Below are positions 38,166 to 50,839 of a stretch of DNA of 64,000 bases, one piece after another. Source of the stretch: Vicugna vicugna (Eukaryota); NCBI GenBank assembly GCA_013265495.1, contig MU057744.1, positions 1,502,356 to 1,566,355 of the forward strand. The letters are read 5' to 3'. Both the position numbers and the translations under genes were made by a program. A model generated the notes under the pieces. The model worked only from the letters and a program-made list of their open reading frames with translations. It was not told the origin of the DNA and searched no databases. Every line of letters begins with the position of its first letter. The stretch's first letter is position 1.

Positions 38166-39506
38166 TGTGAAATAAAATTAATATTTCACAGCAAGACAAA
38201 AAAGATTAAACATAAAAAGTGTTCTCTGCCCTTTGGCCCGTCTCTCCCCTCTGCCGTGCACTGGGTGGCTGCGTTAGGCGTGGACCAGACCCCCCCACCC
38301 CCACCCCGTCAGCAGAAGTACCTGCCGGACCATAAAGAGCAGCGTTCTCCCAGCATCACAAGACAGCTCCTTGAAGACAATACTTTACCTTGTAGGGGTC
38401 CCGTGACCAACCAGGGTGACGCTTAGACCTGGATTATGTAAATTGTAAATAATACGTTGTTTGATGTACAGCCCTCTGTCTCAAAAACCTTAAAGAACTG
38501 TGCCTTTTTTCTGTAGTCAGTTTGCAATGTTGTATCAATTTCTGGTGTGCAGCATCGTGTTTCAGTCATACATGTACATACATATATTCACTTTCATATT
38601 CTTTTTCATTACAGGTTACTGTAAGATATTGAATATAGTTCCTTGTGCTATACAGTAGGACCTTGTTGTTTGTCTATTTTATATATGGTAGTTTATATCT
38701 GCAAATCTTGAATTCCCAATTTATCCCTTCCCACCCTCTTCCCCGCCGGTGACCATAAGTGCGTTTTCTATGTCAGTGAGTCTGTTTCTGTTTTGTAAAT
38801 TAGTTCATTTGTGGCTTTTTAAAAATTCTTTTAGATTCCACATATGATTGATATCATAGAGTATTTTTCTCTCTCTGTCTGACTTACTTCACTTAGAATG
38901 ACGATCTCCAGGTCCATCCACGTTGCTACAAATGGCATTATTTTATTCTTCTTTATGGCTGAATAGTATTCCATTGTATAAATAGATCACTTCTTCTTTA
39001 TCCAGTCATCGGTTGATAGACATTAGGGTTGTTGTTTTCATGTCTTGGCTATTGTAAATAATGTTGCTGTGAACATTGAGGTGCATGTATCTTTTTGAAT
39101 TAGAGTTCCTTCCCAATAAATGTCCAGGAATGGGATTGCTGGATCATATGGTAAGTCTATTTTCAGTCTTTTGAGGAATCTCCATACTGTCTTCCATAAT
39201 GGCTGCACCAAACTGCATTCCCACAGCAGTGTATGTAGGAGGGCTCCCTTTTCTCCATGGCCTCTCCAGCATTTATTGTTCATGGACTTTTGAATGCTGG
39301 CCTTTCTGACTAGTGTAAGATGGTACCTCATGTGGCTCTGATTTGCGTTTCTCTGATCATCAGTGATGTTGAGCACATGCCTTGACTTCTTATGGGCAGA
39401 ACAGTTCCCCGAGCTTTCTGAGAGGCTCTTCTTGGGTGATAATCCTCAAATTCGTCTCAAATGAAAATTTCCCTTTCTTAGATCGACTGATTAATTTTTG
39501 TTGACA
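38166..39506 (+). mobile_element. ERV1-class solo LTR interrupted by an L1
   Basis: Starts tgtgaaataaaattaat and ends gattaatttttgttgaca (TG...CA). LTR-like sequence stops at 38506 and resumes at 39378 after the L1. Confidence 0.6.
38507..39377 (-). mobile_element. Young L1 fragment (ORF2 C-terminus plus 3' UTR) nested in the LTR
   Basis: ORF 39038..39376 (MRYHLTLVR...KCWRG...[24 protein letters not shown]) is the L1 ORF2p C-terminus; short TSD tgcctt at 38501-38506 and 39378-39383. Confidence 0.92.
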
Positions 39507-39539
39507 TATTTAAAATCATGTTGCAGTTATGTACATTGC

Positions 39540-41220
39540 ATAAACTAGTAATAGGTTGAAACGTGTGACCACACACCCCATGTAAGGTGCGCCCTCAGGT
39601 TCACTAGTTCCCTGTGAGCATTTTCCTGATTGGAATTCCTAGCTCCCAGTTGATAATCCCCATCTTGAATTTTTTTTTTCTCACTCTCATGTTTTCCTGT
39701 TTCTAAAAGCCACGTAAGAGTGTGTTGCTTGCTGGTTTCCAAAATTTAAAAATGATCTCACGTGCTGTAAAGGTCATTGTTGCATCTTGCTGTTTTCACT
39801 TAATATTATGTGTTTGGTTGATCCACACTGATGCTTGTCACTGTGGATCATTCATTTTCCATAAGTGCAGTTTTCCATTTTGTCTGTCTATCTATCTATC
39901 TATCTATCTAGCAATTTATTTATACGAACTACTACTGGATTCTTTCTTTCTTTTTTAAACAATAGCTGTTATGAACAATCTTGTATGTGTCTTCTGATGT
40001 TCAGGTGCAAGAATTTGTTTAGGATTTATGCCTAGAAGGGAAATTATTAGGTTGTAGGGTGTGGACATGCTGACAGTTACAAGGTCATGCCAAAGTGTTT
40101 CCCAGAGTTTTCAAAGAACTATATATTAAATGTTTATATATGGGAAAAATATGTTTGCCAGGGTGACAAGTGAACATTATACTCTATGACAAAGCCAGAT
40201 TGTTTTCCAGAGTTTACGATGTGTGCTCTAACCAGAGACATGAGAATCCTGTGTGTCCGACATCCTTGCCATACTTGATACTGTCAGACATTAATTTCTG
40301 CCAATGAAGGTTGTAAAATAAACTCTCACCGTGGTTTTAATTAGCATTTCTCTGATTCCTAGTGTGCTCAAATATCTTTTCATATGGTTATTGGCTATTC
40401 ATCTCTCTTCTTCGGGAAATACGTCTCATGTGCCTATTCAGTTGTCATTTTTCTTCTTTTCTTTGTATTTTCAAGATGCCACTGCTTTGTCAGTGACGTG
40501 CTGTGAATATCTATCTTCCTTTAATTATCAGCTTGTCTTATCTACACTCTAATTAGAGCCCTATGGTGAACGAGCATTCTTCATTCTTATAGTAGGATCG
40601 TTTGTCTGCTATTTTTCTTTAGAGTTAGGACTTCTTTGAGCTTGGTTTAAGAAATATTTCTCTCTTCCAAGGTCACAGAGACTACAGAAAATTTCCTTCT
40701 AAAAATTTCCAAGTTTTCCTTTCAACCTTAGGTTGTCAGTAGCCATCCATCCTGTATTAAGTGCACATGGTATGGTGTGAGGTAGGATGTAACATTGTTC
40801 TTCAGTTTGTATGTACATGACCGTCTTTGCGCTATTTATGGCGAGACCATCCTTGCTCACTGCCACCTTGCCACGCGAGTGTTTTGAGCTCTCTGTCCTG
40901 TTGGGTTTGTCTGTCCCTGGGCCAGCGCTCTCCTGCCTGGATTGCAGTCGGTACTGTGACGCTTGATTCCTCTAGGGCGTCTCTGCTCTTCCTCTGCGGG
41001 ATGCCCCCGATGAGCAGGTGTTATCTCTGGCATGTGACAGGTCACAGAGGAACAGAAATAGTATTTCACTTGTCCTCAGAAATATTTCGAATAGTTAAGA
41101 GTCACACTTGGAGAGCTTGTTGGACGAAGACTCACCAAAACTACTGTCCGCTGATACGGCTGATCGCATTATGTCTCACCTTGTCTTTCTCATGGTGTTT
41201 TTTATGGGCAAGTTGGAAGC
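39540..41220 (-). mobile_element. Old L1M (L1ME-like) relic with an internal (TCTA)n repeat
   Basis: Degenerate antisense L1 motifs (gtggttttaattagcatttctctgatt, ttaagaaatatttctctcttccaaggtcacaga, tatggtgtgaggtagg); (tcta)n at ~39885-39910. Confidence 0.6.
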
Positions 41221-41269
41221 TTGAGCAGTAAATTCAGAAGCCGGTGTTCGAGCCTCCTTGTAATGCCTC

Positions 41270-42090
41270 GGGAAATTCTGTACATCGAGGGGACTAGGCG
41301 CGCCTTCGGAAGCCCCCCTCGCGGTCCTGCGGAAGAGGGAGGAGGGCCCGGGGCGGAAGAGCTGCTGTTCGCGGGAACCTGCGATTCTAGCTGCTTCCTC
41401 AGACCCTCTGCCACGTGGCTCAGCCGAAGGCCGACCAAGGAGCCGGGGATGATCGCTCTTGTCCTGCGGCTGAGAACGGACTNNNNNNNNNNNNNNNNNN
41501 NNNNNNNNNNNNNNNNNNNNNNNGGCGGCTGCCGCGGCTCCACCCCGCCCGTCTGGGCGCAGAGCCCGCGGGCTCCGGGGCCGGACGGAGGGGGCGGGCT
41601 GCCGAGGGCCGCCTCCCGTCGGGTGTTGCCCGGATCCTCGCAGAGCTGCTCCCCGGGCCCGGTTCTGCCGGACTGAGCAAGAGGCGGAAGCAGAGCGAGT
41701 GGCGGGGGCGAGCGTGCCCTTCGGGAGCTGGAGGTGGGGCGCCGGCCGCTGCCCTGGTTTCAGCGCTGAGACGCTGACTCGGGGGGTCTGTCGACAGGGG
41801 GGCCAACCCCGGGACCGAGTCCTTGTCGCCCTGACGGGCCGCAGTGAGATGCTCAGGGCCGTTCAAGGTCCCTGGTGGCGAAGGACGGTGGGGACACGGG
41901 TGCCGGCCGCATTTCAGCCCCCTGGGCGGGAACGCAAGCCGCTGGCGGGGCTGGCGCGGGGCGAGGGCGTGGGCACAGCGCAGGGGACCCGAGACCGCGG
42001 CGGCGCCGCCCGAGCGCCCGGCCCGGCCCTGCGCCCCCGCCTGCTCCCGCGGCGCCGCCCCACCCCCGGCTGCTGTGCGATCGGCGTCTC
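41270..42090. promoter_or_regulatory. Strong CpG island / probable promoter
   Basis: Very high GC and CpG density; ETS cores gcggaag (three), GC boxes, E-box ccacgtgg at 41411; possible donor gag|gtgggg near 41733. Confidence 0.8.
41483..41523. other. Assembly gap (41 N)
   Basis: Run of n in the middle of the CpG island. Confidence 1.
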
Positions 42091-43874
42091 ACGTTGTTCT
42101 CTTTCCTGGGTCTTGGTGTCTCTGCTGGTTGCTCTCTGGTGACTGACCTTCTGGTGCCTCCATTTCTAATACCCACCTGGACGTGATGTCCTCTGAGACT
42201 TCCTTTCCCAACTTTCGATCTTTTTGTGCGACTCTTTCTGCTTTGCGTTTCTGGTCAGCTCAGAGAATCATCACCGTCAGCTTCGTCCTCTGGTCATCTG
42301 AGATGCTAATAGTAATAATAAAAACACAGCAACAGCAACAACAATTATTATTATTGCTTCTAACCCTCACGCAGCAGAGTCAGCCCCTGCTCCCGGTGCT
42401 TTTGTGAACAGTCTCAGCTGATCCCCACAGTCGCCCGAGAGAGGAGCCAGTGGCTACACCCACGTCAAGGCCTTTACTCACGGTCAGGCTCGTTGGCGAG
42501 GGGTGGAGTGAAGGTTTGGACCCAGGCTGGGAGCCCCAGAGAGCTCTCCAATGTGCCGGCATCCTCGGAGACAGACCAGCGGGTGCCCCGAGTGCCCCGG
42601 CAGCTCAGATGCTTCGGTTTTGATCACGTGGCCGGACCGGCACTGCTGGGACCCGTGTTCACACAGTTGGCTTTGCACGTCTCAGCTAGAAGCAATTTGG
42701 TACAAAGGATACGAAACCAGCCAGCCCCCCAGCCTCAGGGTCCTGGTTAAAAGGCCAGCGCCCAGTGGCCGCTTCCGGCCATCGCGGGCCTAGTGCACGC
42801 ACTGAGTGGGTGCACGGAGGGCTCCGTAGGCGGAGGGCTGAGAGGCTGGATGATACGGTTTGACACAGTTTTATTCAAAGCCACCACTTGTGTAATGGCC
42901 GACTTGTTATGTGGTGGCTGATCAGGAGTGACCGGGGTCTAGTCGTGACCAGTGGAGAGTGGCTGCTGTGAGCAACACACTGGTCAGTGACCGGGGGCAG
43001 GCAGCCGTGGTGTGGCCCTGCAGACTCCGTCTCAGATTCCTTGTAGAATTGTGAGACGTTTTGCACACGCCAAAGGGCACGGGGCTCTGCATGTGGTGCA
43101 GCCCCTGTCCTCCGTGCCCTCCAGGCTCGCCTCCCTCCCCTGGGCACTGCACCATCCGCTCTCCTTCCTTCATTCTCTCCCTCTCCCCTATTCTTACCAT
43201 GGACATCACGAATATATTCCTAATCAATATATTGTTAGAGGTTTTCGCTCCATAAAAGTAATGTCATATACAGTGTGCACATTATGTGGTGATTTGACGT
43301 ATGTGATTACGTGGTGCAAACATGCACACTTTCAAAACATCTGGTTTATCTGTTTTCAGTGGTTGGGTTCAGGTGGGTGTATTTGAGGGGCCCACAGAGA
43401 AGGCCAGAAAGATCTGAAAAGCAGGCAGGGCTGGGACATTGAGGCATTCCTGAATTGCACAAGGAGCCTGGATTTTACTCTAAGTCAGACGAGACTCCAT
43501 CCAGGGCTTGTAAGGAGGGCCTGAAGTGATGGACTTCTCAGCGCATTGCCTCATCCTTTAGGCTGTCCTGCTTATCTGAGGGAACAACCACGAAAACTGA
43601 TGGCTCTGGTGTGAGTGTGACAAGTGGAACCGTCAGTTGGTCAGGCGGGCTGCAGCCCTGTTTACTGTGCACTGACTCTGGCCACAGCAAGCGGCTGCTC
43701 TTCCCTGGAGAAGTCCTGACTCCAGTTCCTCTTTGTGAATCAATCACCACCAACAGGTCGGCTGTTACAGGAATGACAGATTGAATAAGTCATGTATCAC
43801 CATTGATACTTCTCTTTTCCTAAAATATATCATCCCAGTTTCTTGGCCTTTGCACGTGGAGCCTACTTTGCACC

Positions 43875-44050
43875 CACCCGCTCTGCGTGCTGGTGGGACC
43901 CCAGAGCAAGGCCCCGCGCACCCGCTGTGCGTGCTGGTGGGACCCCAGAGCAAGGCCCCGCGCACCCGCTCTGCGTGCTGGTGGGACCCCAGAGCAAGGC
44001 CCCGCGCACCCGCTGTGCGTGCTGGTGGGACCCCAGAGCAAGGCCTCGCG
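43875..44050. repeat. 44-bp GC-rich minisatellite, four copies
   Basis: cacccgct(c/g)tgcgtgctggtgggaccccagagcaaggccccgcg starting at 43875, 43919, 43963 and 44007. Confidence 0.97.
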
Positions 44051-45704
44051 GAAAGTCTGGTGGAGGAAGCGCTGTGAGGGTCTGGGAGAGACAAGCTGGA
44101 GGAGGAGCTCCAGACCCAGGAAGGAGGAGTCCAGGGAGGCGTCTAGAGACTCAGCTGTGAAGTGAAGTCTGCTGGGCCGAGGACCTCAAATAGTCCGTTG
44201 TGCTCACCAGGTGGGGGGCCACCGGCGACCTTCTGATAGCAGTTTAGGAAAGGTGCGGGGGTGGAAACCGGAGCCCTAATGAAGGGGGTGTATTTACATG
44301 CTAATATGACATGTTCAGATGAGGAGAAAAAGAATTTGCAGATCAGGCAGGTCAGGAGTATCCGTAGAAACGGGTAGCGGGGACACTACTCAGGTGACCT
44401 TGGAAAGAAAGTAAAATGTTACCGTTGAGGTTTGGGCTGATGGCGCAGCACTGGGGATGGACTTGGAGACCTTTCAGTGCCCTTCCTGAACACGGCCCCA
44501 ACATCATATCTCACCCTTTGTCCCCTTTGCTGAAGGACCAGTGACACGGGCGGGGATGGGCCAGCAGGGAGGGCTTTTCCCTGAGAGAGGGCAGCTGAGC
44601 CGAGTCGGGGCTCTGTGACCCCTTTGAGTTATCTGACCACCGAGGACATAAGCTTCACACTGTGCATCAACTGTGATGAGAGCTCTGAAACCCCGGATGC
44701 ATGAGGGAAGGGGTCCCAAACACTGGGAGACGTTGCAGGTGAATGAATCAGGACCTGGGGCACAGTCCTTCCCACGTCTGCTGCTGTGGGAAGCCGCCTG
44801 GGTCACCGTCCCCTGTGGGAGTGGCCGCCCTAGGGATGGAATGGAGCCTCAGCCGGGGTGTGCCGGGGTTGGGGTGCTAGAGCGTCAGGCACCCTGGAGC
44901 AGACAGCCTGACCCAGCGCACAGGGCCTCTGGAGACCGCCTGCCTTCCTCGAGAGAGACGACTTGCACGGACTGCATGGCTGTGAAGGGTGTTGAGTGCG
45001 GGGTGGGGCGGGGCAGGGGGGAGGCCGCTGAGGAGGGACTCGTCCTGCTGCGGTCTCGGCAGGGCGTGAGGAGCCGCCCTCTCGCCCAGTTACCCCACGG
45101 GGAGATGCTGACTCAGCCGTGCCTGCTCTAGTTGGTGCAGGTCTTCTCAGATTGTGGAAGACAACTTACAGGAAGGAAGAACTCTCCAGGAACCGTTCAT
45201 TTAATCAACGAAGTATTGTTTTTCAGAGGCTTATGTTCAGTTTTTGTTAAATAATGAGCATAGCTGCTTGACGTGCACGTTTTTGGCAGAATAGGAGACG
45301 ATCTCTGGCAAACACAACACTTAGGTAGTCTGGAGGGTGGACTTCAGCCGCCGAGGTCTTCTTTGGTGCGCGGTGGTGGTCCGTGGGTGATCTTGGATGC
45401 TCACAGTCATGCCTCTGTAATTATTAATGTTTGTCATATGGTGCAGCTTCTGTTTTTTAAGAAAGAGACACTTCTGTGTAGTTGTACCATTTTTATAGTT
45501 TTTGACTAAAAGCACGTAGAACCGACGTGTTCTCACTGAGAGCAGTGCCAGCTTCTTCCGCTGCACTGAAGGATGTCAGTGCCATCTGAAGACGTCTCTG
45601 TGTGGAAACCGTCCTGGGCATCACATTGCACAAGTGTAGTCAGCGTAACTAACACTGAGATTTTGACGTGTTTCTCCAGAGTTGCTTCCGTTGGCTTTGT
45701 GCCC

Positions 45705-46014
45705 TCTTCTGGACTGAGTGTGTCCTCCTCAGAATCCGGGTGTTGAAACCTCATCACCCCAGGCGATGGCACAGGAGGTGAGGGTGGAGCCCTCATAAAA
45801 GAGGCCCCAGAGGGCCCTGTCTACTCTCAGCCGTGAGGACACGGTGAGGTTGGCGTCTGACCTCTGAAACCTGAAGAGGGTTCTATCAGAACCCGACGGT
45901 GCTGCCCCCTGACCTCAGACGTCAGCCTGTGGCATCGGGGGAAATCAGTGTCCCTTGTTTGGAAGGCACCCAGTCCAAGGCACTTGGTCACAGCGGCCCG
46001 AATGGACTAAGAAA
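45705..46014 (+). mobile_element. MaLR solo LTR, MLT1A-like
   Basis: tggactgagtgtgtcctcctcagaatcc...gagggtggagccctcataaaagaggccccaga...gtgaggacacggtgag...cagcggcccgaatggactaaga. Confidence 0.8.
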
Positions 46015-46510
46015 TGCACTCCATCTGTCTCCAGCAGAGCTCGGCGTCTTCCCTGCGGGCGCTCCTTCCCATCCCAGACGCCCTGTCTCCAGCCCCTTCA
46101 CCTCTGGGTGGTCTTCTGATTGGCACCCCTTGGCTTCAAGAGAAGTGTCTCAGGCTCTCTCAGTCCAACGAGTACTTCCCACAGGCGTTGACACAACTAC
46201 GTGGAAGACACAGCTGCCTTCCTCTGTAACCTCAGGGTCCGGCGCGGGGTGGGGGTCAGTGATGGCGCCGGGCTGTCTGTATCAGGATAAAGCGAGGGGG
46301 AGTTCGCAGGCAGCAGTCAAGATCCGTTTTTCTGGGACGGTGAGGTGTCTGTAGGTGACGTGTGGCACCTGGGCTGCTGACAGCTGAGGAAGAATCAGTG
46401 TCGCCTCTTCTTTCGCTGCTCCGGACGGTGGCACGAGTTTCCGTGTAGCGGGACTGCTTCAGCACGTGGCTCTGAATGGTGCTGTTGCTTTGATTTCTTT
46501 GACTTTTCAG

Positions 46511-46645
46511 GTGTCAGTGATCCCCAGTGTTTGGTTCGATGCCGTGACAGACAGTTGTCTGATTTCAGCTTTGCTGACCGAGACTGAAAGATACATTCTG
46601 GATGAATATTCTGGGTGTTCCTTCTCGTGGGACAACAGAAACTGA
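46511..46645 (+). other. Candidate internal exon (135 nt, probably 5' UTR)
   Basis: Long pyrimidine tract ending ttttcag|g; donor tga|gtaaga; non-repeat sequence ~4.5 kb downstream of the CpG island; all three frames hit a stop when read from the exon start. Confidence 0.4.
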
Positions 46646-48204
46646 GTAAGACGCACTTGAGCAGCAGGTCCAATCACTGTGCTTATAAGTACAGGCTGTC
46701 CTCTCCCGTAGGTCCCCAGAAAGCCCATTGTGTTGATTCACTGTTGAGAACAGAGAAGAGCCTCTAAGAACATCGTGATTTGCTTTTCCCTGTGGTTGCG
46801 AGTGTCCCTGGAGCCTGCAGGGAGCTCGCAGCGTCTGGACAGATTTGTGTCAGGTGGTGCAGGCCTGACGGACCGTGGAGGACGCAGCCCGCATCGCAGG
46901 GCCCCCAGGGAGCCTGGCTCTGATCACCACGTCTGTCCCACTGCAGCATTTGGGCAGGTTCTGGGGCCTGACCGACTGACCGGTGGAAGGGGCCCCGGAC
47001 AAGGAAGACCAGCTTTCTACCACCTCCAAAAGCCAGGGCCCGCTCACTGCAGCCCCTCTGGGGCCCGGCTCTGGGCTCAGTCCTCAGAGTCAGTCCGTGG
47101 ATCCTTCACAGCCCCACTTCCCCATTCACATTCGAGTCGTAATAGAAACGCACTGGTAAGAATGTCAGAGAGACTTCCATTGGGAAATTGCTCCCCTGCA
47201 AAAGGCAGATGACAAATTGCACCACCCTCTGTGGAAGGAGAGACTGAAGATTACCTCAAGAACCCGACGTCCTCACCAAACTTTTATCTATTAAGGCCAG
47301 GATTTCTTGTCTCAGAGTTCTTTGTGGAGACTGGCTTTTTAGTTGCTATGTCCGTGAAAAATCTTAAAGTTCTTTGTTGTCTGTCACGAGACGCATCCTT
47401 CTGGGGGATCTTTTCTTTTTCATACTTTGATTTAACTCGCTCTTCCCGGTGCCCGGATCACTAAAGCCGAGTGGCCGAGCCAGCGGCACAAGCCGCGTCT
47501 CGCAGGCCCCGGTCCTTACAGCAGCGAATTTGCAGTGAAGAAGCTGACAGTGACATGGTCCCACTGGGCGCCATTCTCAGGAAGGGCCGTGATGGCACAC
47601 AGCTGCTGGGGGTCGGCTGTGCGAGGTCGCTGACTGAGCGCGCTTCCGCTGTAAGCACACTTCCCCGGAGGTGGTTTTCTAGCATTGGCTCAGAACTTTA
47701 GGTCTTAAAAAGGAGAGGAGCGAGGGCCTCCTCACCCGGGGTGGGTGCTGTCAGCTCTCTGCGCACGGGGAATTCGCACGGGACACCTCTCTGCAGTTTT
47801 CTGAAGCTCAGTGTTGCTTTTCTGGCTGTTTAGTTAGAGAAGGTGGCATCCTCTGTGGTTCTTATTCTCTGGTCCGGGAAGGTGTTCAGTCAGCCGAGGT
47901 GCTGGGTCACGTAGCACACGGAACAGCACTCAGCAGCGTGGGCTGGGAGTCGTCTGGTTCTCAGCAGGGCCCACCTCTCCGAACCTCGGTGTTTTGCGTA
48001 ACCGTTGGGATTATTAAATGTGAAAACACATGGAGCCCCAGCGCGGGGCTTGGTACGTGTGCTCAGCGAGCGCTCGCTACCACCATGCCATTTGAGGTGG
48101 ATTCCCAGGTGACCTCATCTGAGGGTCTAGTCTAGCGTTGATATTCTGTAGTCTCAGTATTGACTGCCTTAGGTTTTTTAACAGGGCTTTTGTTTGCATC
48201 TTGT

Positions 48205-49890
48205 TTTTATTTCTTTTTTATTATTATTATGGCAATAACCACATAACATTACAGTTTCTGTCTTCATCATTTTTAAGAGTACAGCTCAGTAGTGTTCAGT
48301 ATCTTCACACTGGCGTGCAACAGATCTGCAGAACTCTTTCATCCTGCAAAACTGAAACTCCACCCGTTGAAAATGAATCCCTTCACCTCTTCCCTCCTCC
48401 TCAGCAACCACCTGTCAACTTTCTGTTTTTATGATTTTGATGACTAGGTATCTGATGGAATCACATAGTACCTGCCCTTTTGTGACTGGCTTGTTTTGCT
48501 GAACATAATGTTCTCCAGGCTCACCTATGTTTTATCATGCAATAGGATTTACTTGTTAAAGGCTGAATAATAACCCAGTGTCTCTATACACCACATTTTC
48601 TTTATCCACTCATCTTTTGTTGGACATTTGGCTTGATTCCACCTCTTGTATTGAGAACAGTGCTGCAATGAACACAGGTGTGCAAGTATCTCTTCAAGAT
48701 CCTACTTTGAATCTTTTTGCATAAATACCTAGAAGTGGGATTGCTAGACCATATAGTAATTCTATTTTTAAGTTTCTGAGGCACTTACATATTGTTTTTT
48801 CCATGACGGCTGCACCATCTCGCATGCCCACCAATAGTGCCCTCAGGTTCTAATCTCACTGCATCCTCACCAGCACTTGGTACTTTATGTTCTTTTGTTA
48901 GCGGCCATTCTGATTGGTGTGAGGTGTGTCTCACTGTGGTTCTGGTTTGCAATTCTTTTATGATTAGCGATTTGAGCATCCTTTCACCTGCCTGTGGACC
49001 ACGTGTATGTCTTCTTTGGGGACTTGTCTGTTCAAGTCCTTTGCCTGTTACAAAAAAGTTGCCTATGTTGTTGAGTTGTAGAAATTCCTTATCTATCCTG
49101 GATATTATCCCCTTAACAGATACGTAATTTGCAAATATTTTATTCCACTATGTAGGTTGCCTTTTCACTCTGTCGATTGTTTCCTTTGATGTGCAGAAGT
49201 TTTAAAGTTTGATATAGTTCAATTTATTATGTTTTCCTTTGTTGCCTGTGCTTTTGATACTGTATCCAAGAAATCATGGCCAAATCCAATGTCCTGAAAC
49301 CTTCCCCCTGTGTTTTCCTCTAGGAGTTTTTCAGTTTTAGGTCTTTAATTTAGGTTTTTAGTCCATTTTTATTTGTGTATTTATGTACATTTTTAATTGA
49401 CAGTTGCTTTACAGTATTTGCATTACTTGCAGGTGTACAACATAGTGATTCAATTTTTTTTGCAGATTATATTCCATTATATGTTATCATAAGATTTTGG
49501 ATATAATTCCATATGCTGTACAGTAAATTCTTGTTGCTTATCTCTTTTATATACAATGGTTTGTATCTCTTAATCCCATACTCCTAATTTGTCCCTCCCC
49601 TCTTATCTTTCCCCTTTGGTAAACATAAGATCCTTTTATATATAGATTCATTGTATCATTTTTTTAAGTTATTTTTAGTTAATTTTGTATATGGTGTAAG
49701 GTAGAGGTCCAGCTTTGTTCTTTTGGACATGGGTGTCCAGTTTTTCCAACACCATTTGTTGACGAGACTGTCTTCTCCCCATTGTGTGCTCTTAGCACTC
49801 TTGTTGAAATCATTTGGCCAAATACACAAAAGGTTTTTTCTGGACTCTGTTCTATTCATTTGATCTGTATATCTGTCTTAATGCTGGTGC
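48205..49890 (-). mobile_element. L1MB-type element (3' end plus ORF2 part), interrupted
   Basis: acagatctgcagaactctttcatcctgcaaaactgaaactc matches the L1MB2/3 3' end; ORFs 48785..48979 and 49656..49859 (NKWCWKNW...KLDLYLTPYTK) are ORF2p-like. Confidence 0.85.
49372..49668 (-). mobile_element. Artiodactyl L1 3' fragment nested in the L1MB
   Basis: aattgacagttgctttacag...gcaggtgtacaacatagtgattc; the L1MB resumes at tagttaattttgtatatggtgtaagg. Confidence 0.75.
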
Positions 49891-49891
49891 C

Positions 49892-50542
49892 ACAGCGACC
49901 CCACTCCTGGGCATATATCCAGAGGAAACTAATTTGAACAATACATGCACCGCTGTATTCACAGCAGCACTATATACAATAGCCAAGACATGGAAGCAAC
50001 CTAAATGTCCATCGACAGATGACTGGGTAAAGAAGTGGTTTATACAATAGAATACTACTCAGCCATAAAAAAGAATAAGATAATGCCATTTGCAACAACA
50101 TGGATGGACCTAGAGATTATCATACTAAGTGAAGTAAGTCAGACAGAGAAAGACAAATATCATATGATATCACTTATATGTGGAATCTAAAAAAAAGGAC
50201 ACAAATGAACTTATTTATAAAACAGAGACAGACTCACAGACATAGAAAACAAACTTAGGGTTACCAAGGGTGGAAGAAGGAGACATAAATTAGGAGTTTG
50301 GGATTTGCAGAAACTACTATATGTAAAATAGATAAACAACAAGGTCCTACTGTACAGCACAGAGAACTATATTCAGTACCTTGTAATAGCCTACAATGAA
50401 AAAAATATGAAAAACAGTATATATGTATAACTGAATCACTATGCTGTACACCAGAAACTAATGCAACATTGTAAATCAACTATACTTCAATTAAAATAAA
50501 ATAAAATAAATTAAATTAAATTAAATTAAATTAAATTAAATT
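49892..50542 (+). mobile_element. Young L1 3' fragment with (TAAAA/TAAAT)n tail
   Basis: ccactcctgggcatatatccagagg...cattgtaaatcaactatacttcaattaaaataaaataaaataaattaaatt. Confidence 0.92.
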
Positions 50543-50839
50543 GAAAGTCTAATGTAGCCTTTGTCTTCAAGGAAATTTTACTTCCATGATAGAGTCAAAA
50601 CATTATTGGTTTGAAAAACAGCAATATAGAACAGCATAGAGTCACATCAATTCTTAGGATTTTCTTGTCTCCGTGGATCATGAAAAATAATTTCATGTCT
50701 GCAAACATCTCTGGTACATGGAGAAAATGGAATATAAAATAGTTTCCTAATAAAAATTAAATGATAGAGCAGTATCTAAATTTATAATTTGAGTTTCTTC
50801 CAGAAACTCTTGTTAATGACCTGGTTTTTGTTTATTGTA

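Noticed and set aside
39038..39376. Protein-coding gene, also considered for 54432..54659, 58749..58991 and 24531..24713
   Set aside because: These are fragments of the L1 ORF2p C-terminus in 5'-truncated dead copies; no intact ORF1 or ORF2 is present.
41202..42186. Multiple overlapping Gly/Arg/Pro-rich ORFs in the CpG island (likewise 8076..8951)
   Set aside because: Expected from stop-codon scarcity at very high GC; some span the N gap; none resembles a protein I know.
42183..42407. PolyQ/polyL-containing ORF
   Set aside because: Produced by (caa/cag)n and (tta)n simple repeats between MIR-like relics; non-ATG start and no exon signals.
43875..44050. CRISPR-like array and repeat-peptide ORFs
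   Set aside because: Units are contiguous with no unique spacers, there are no cas genes, and the context is mammalian; it is a minisatellite.
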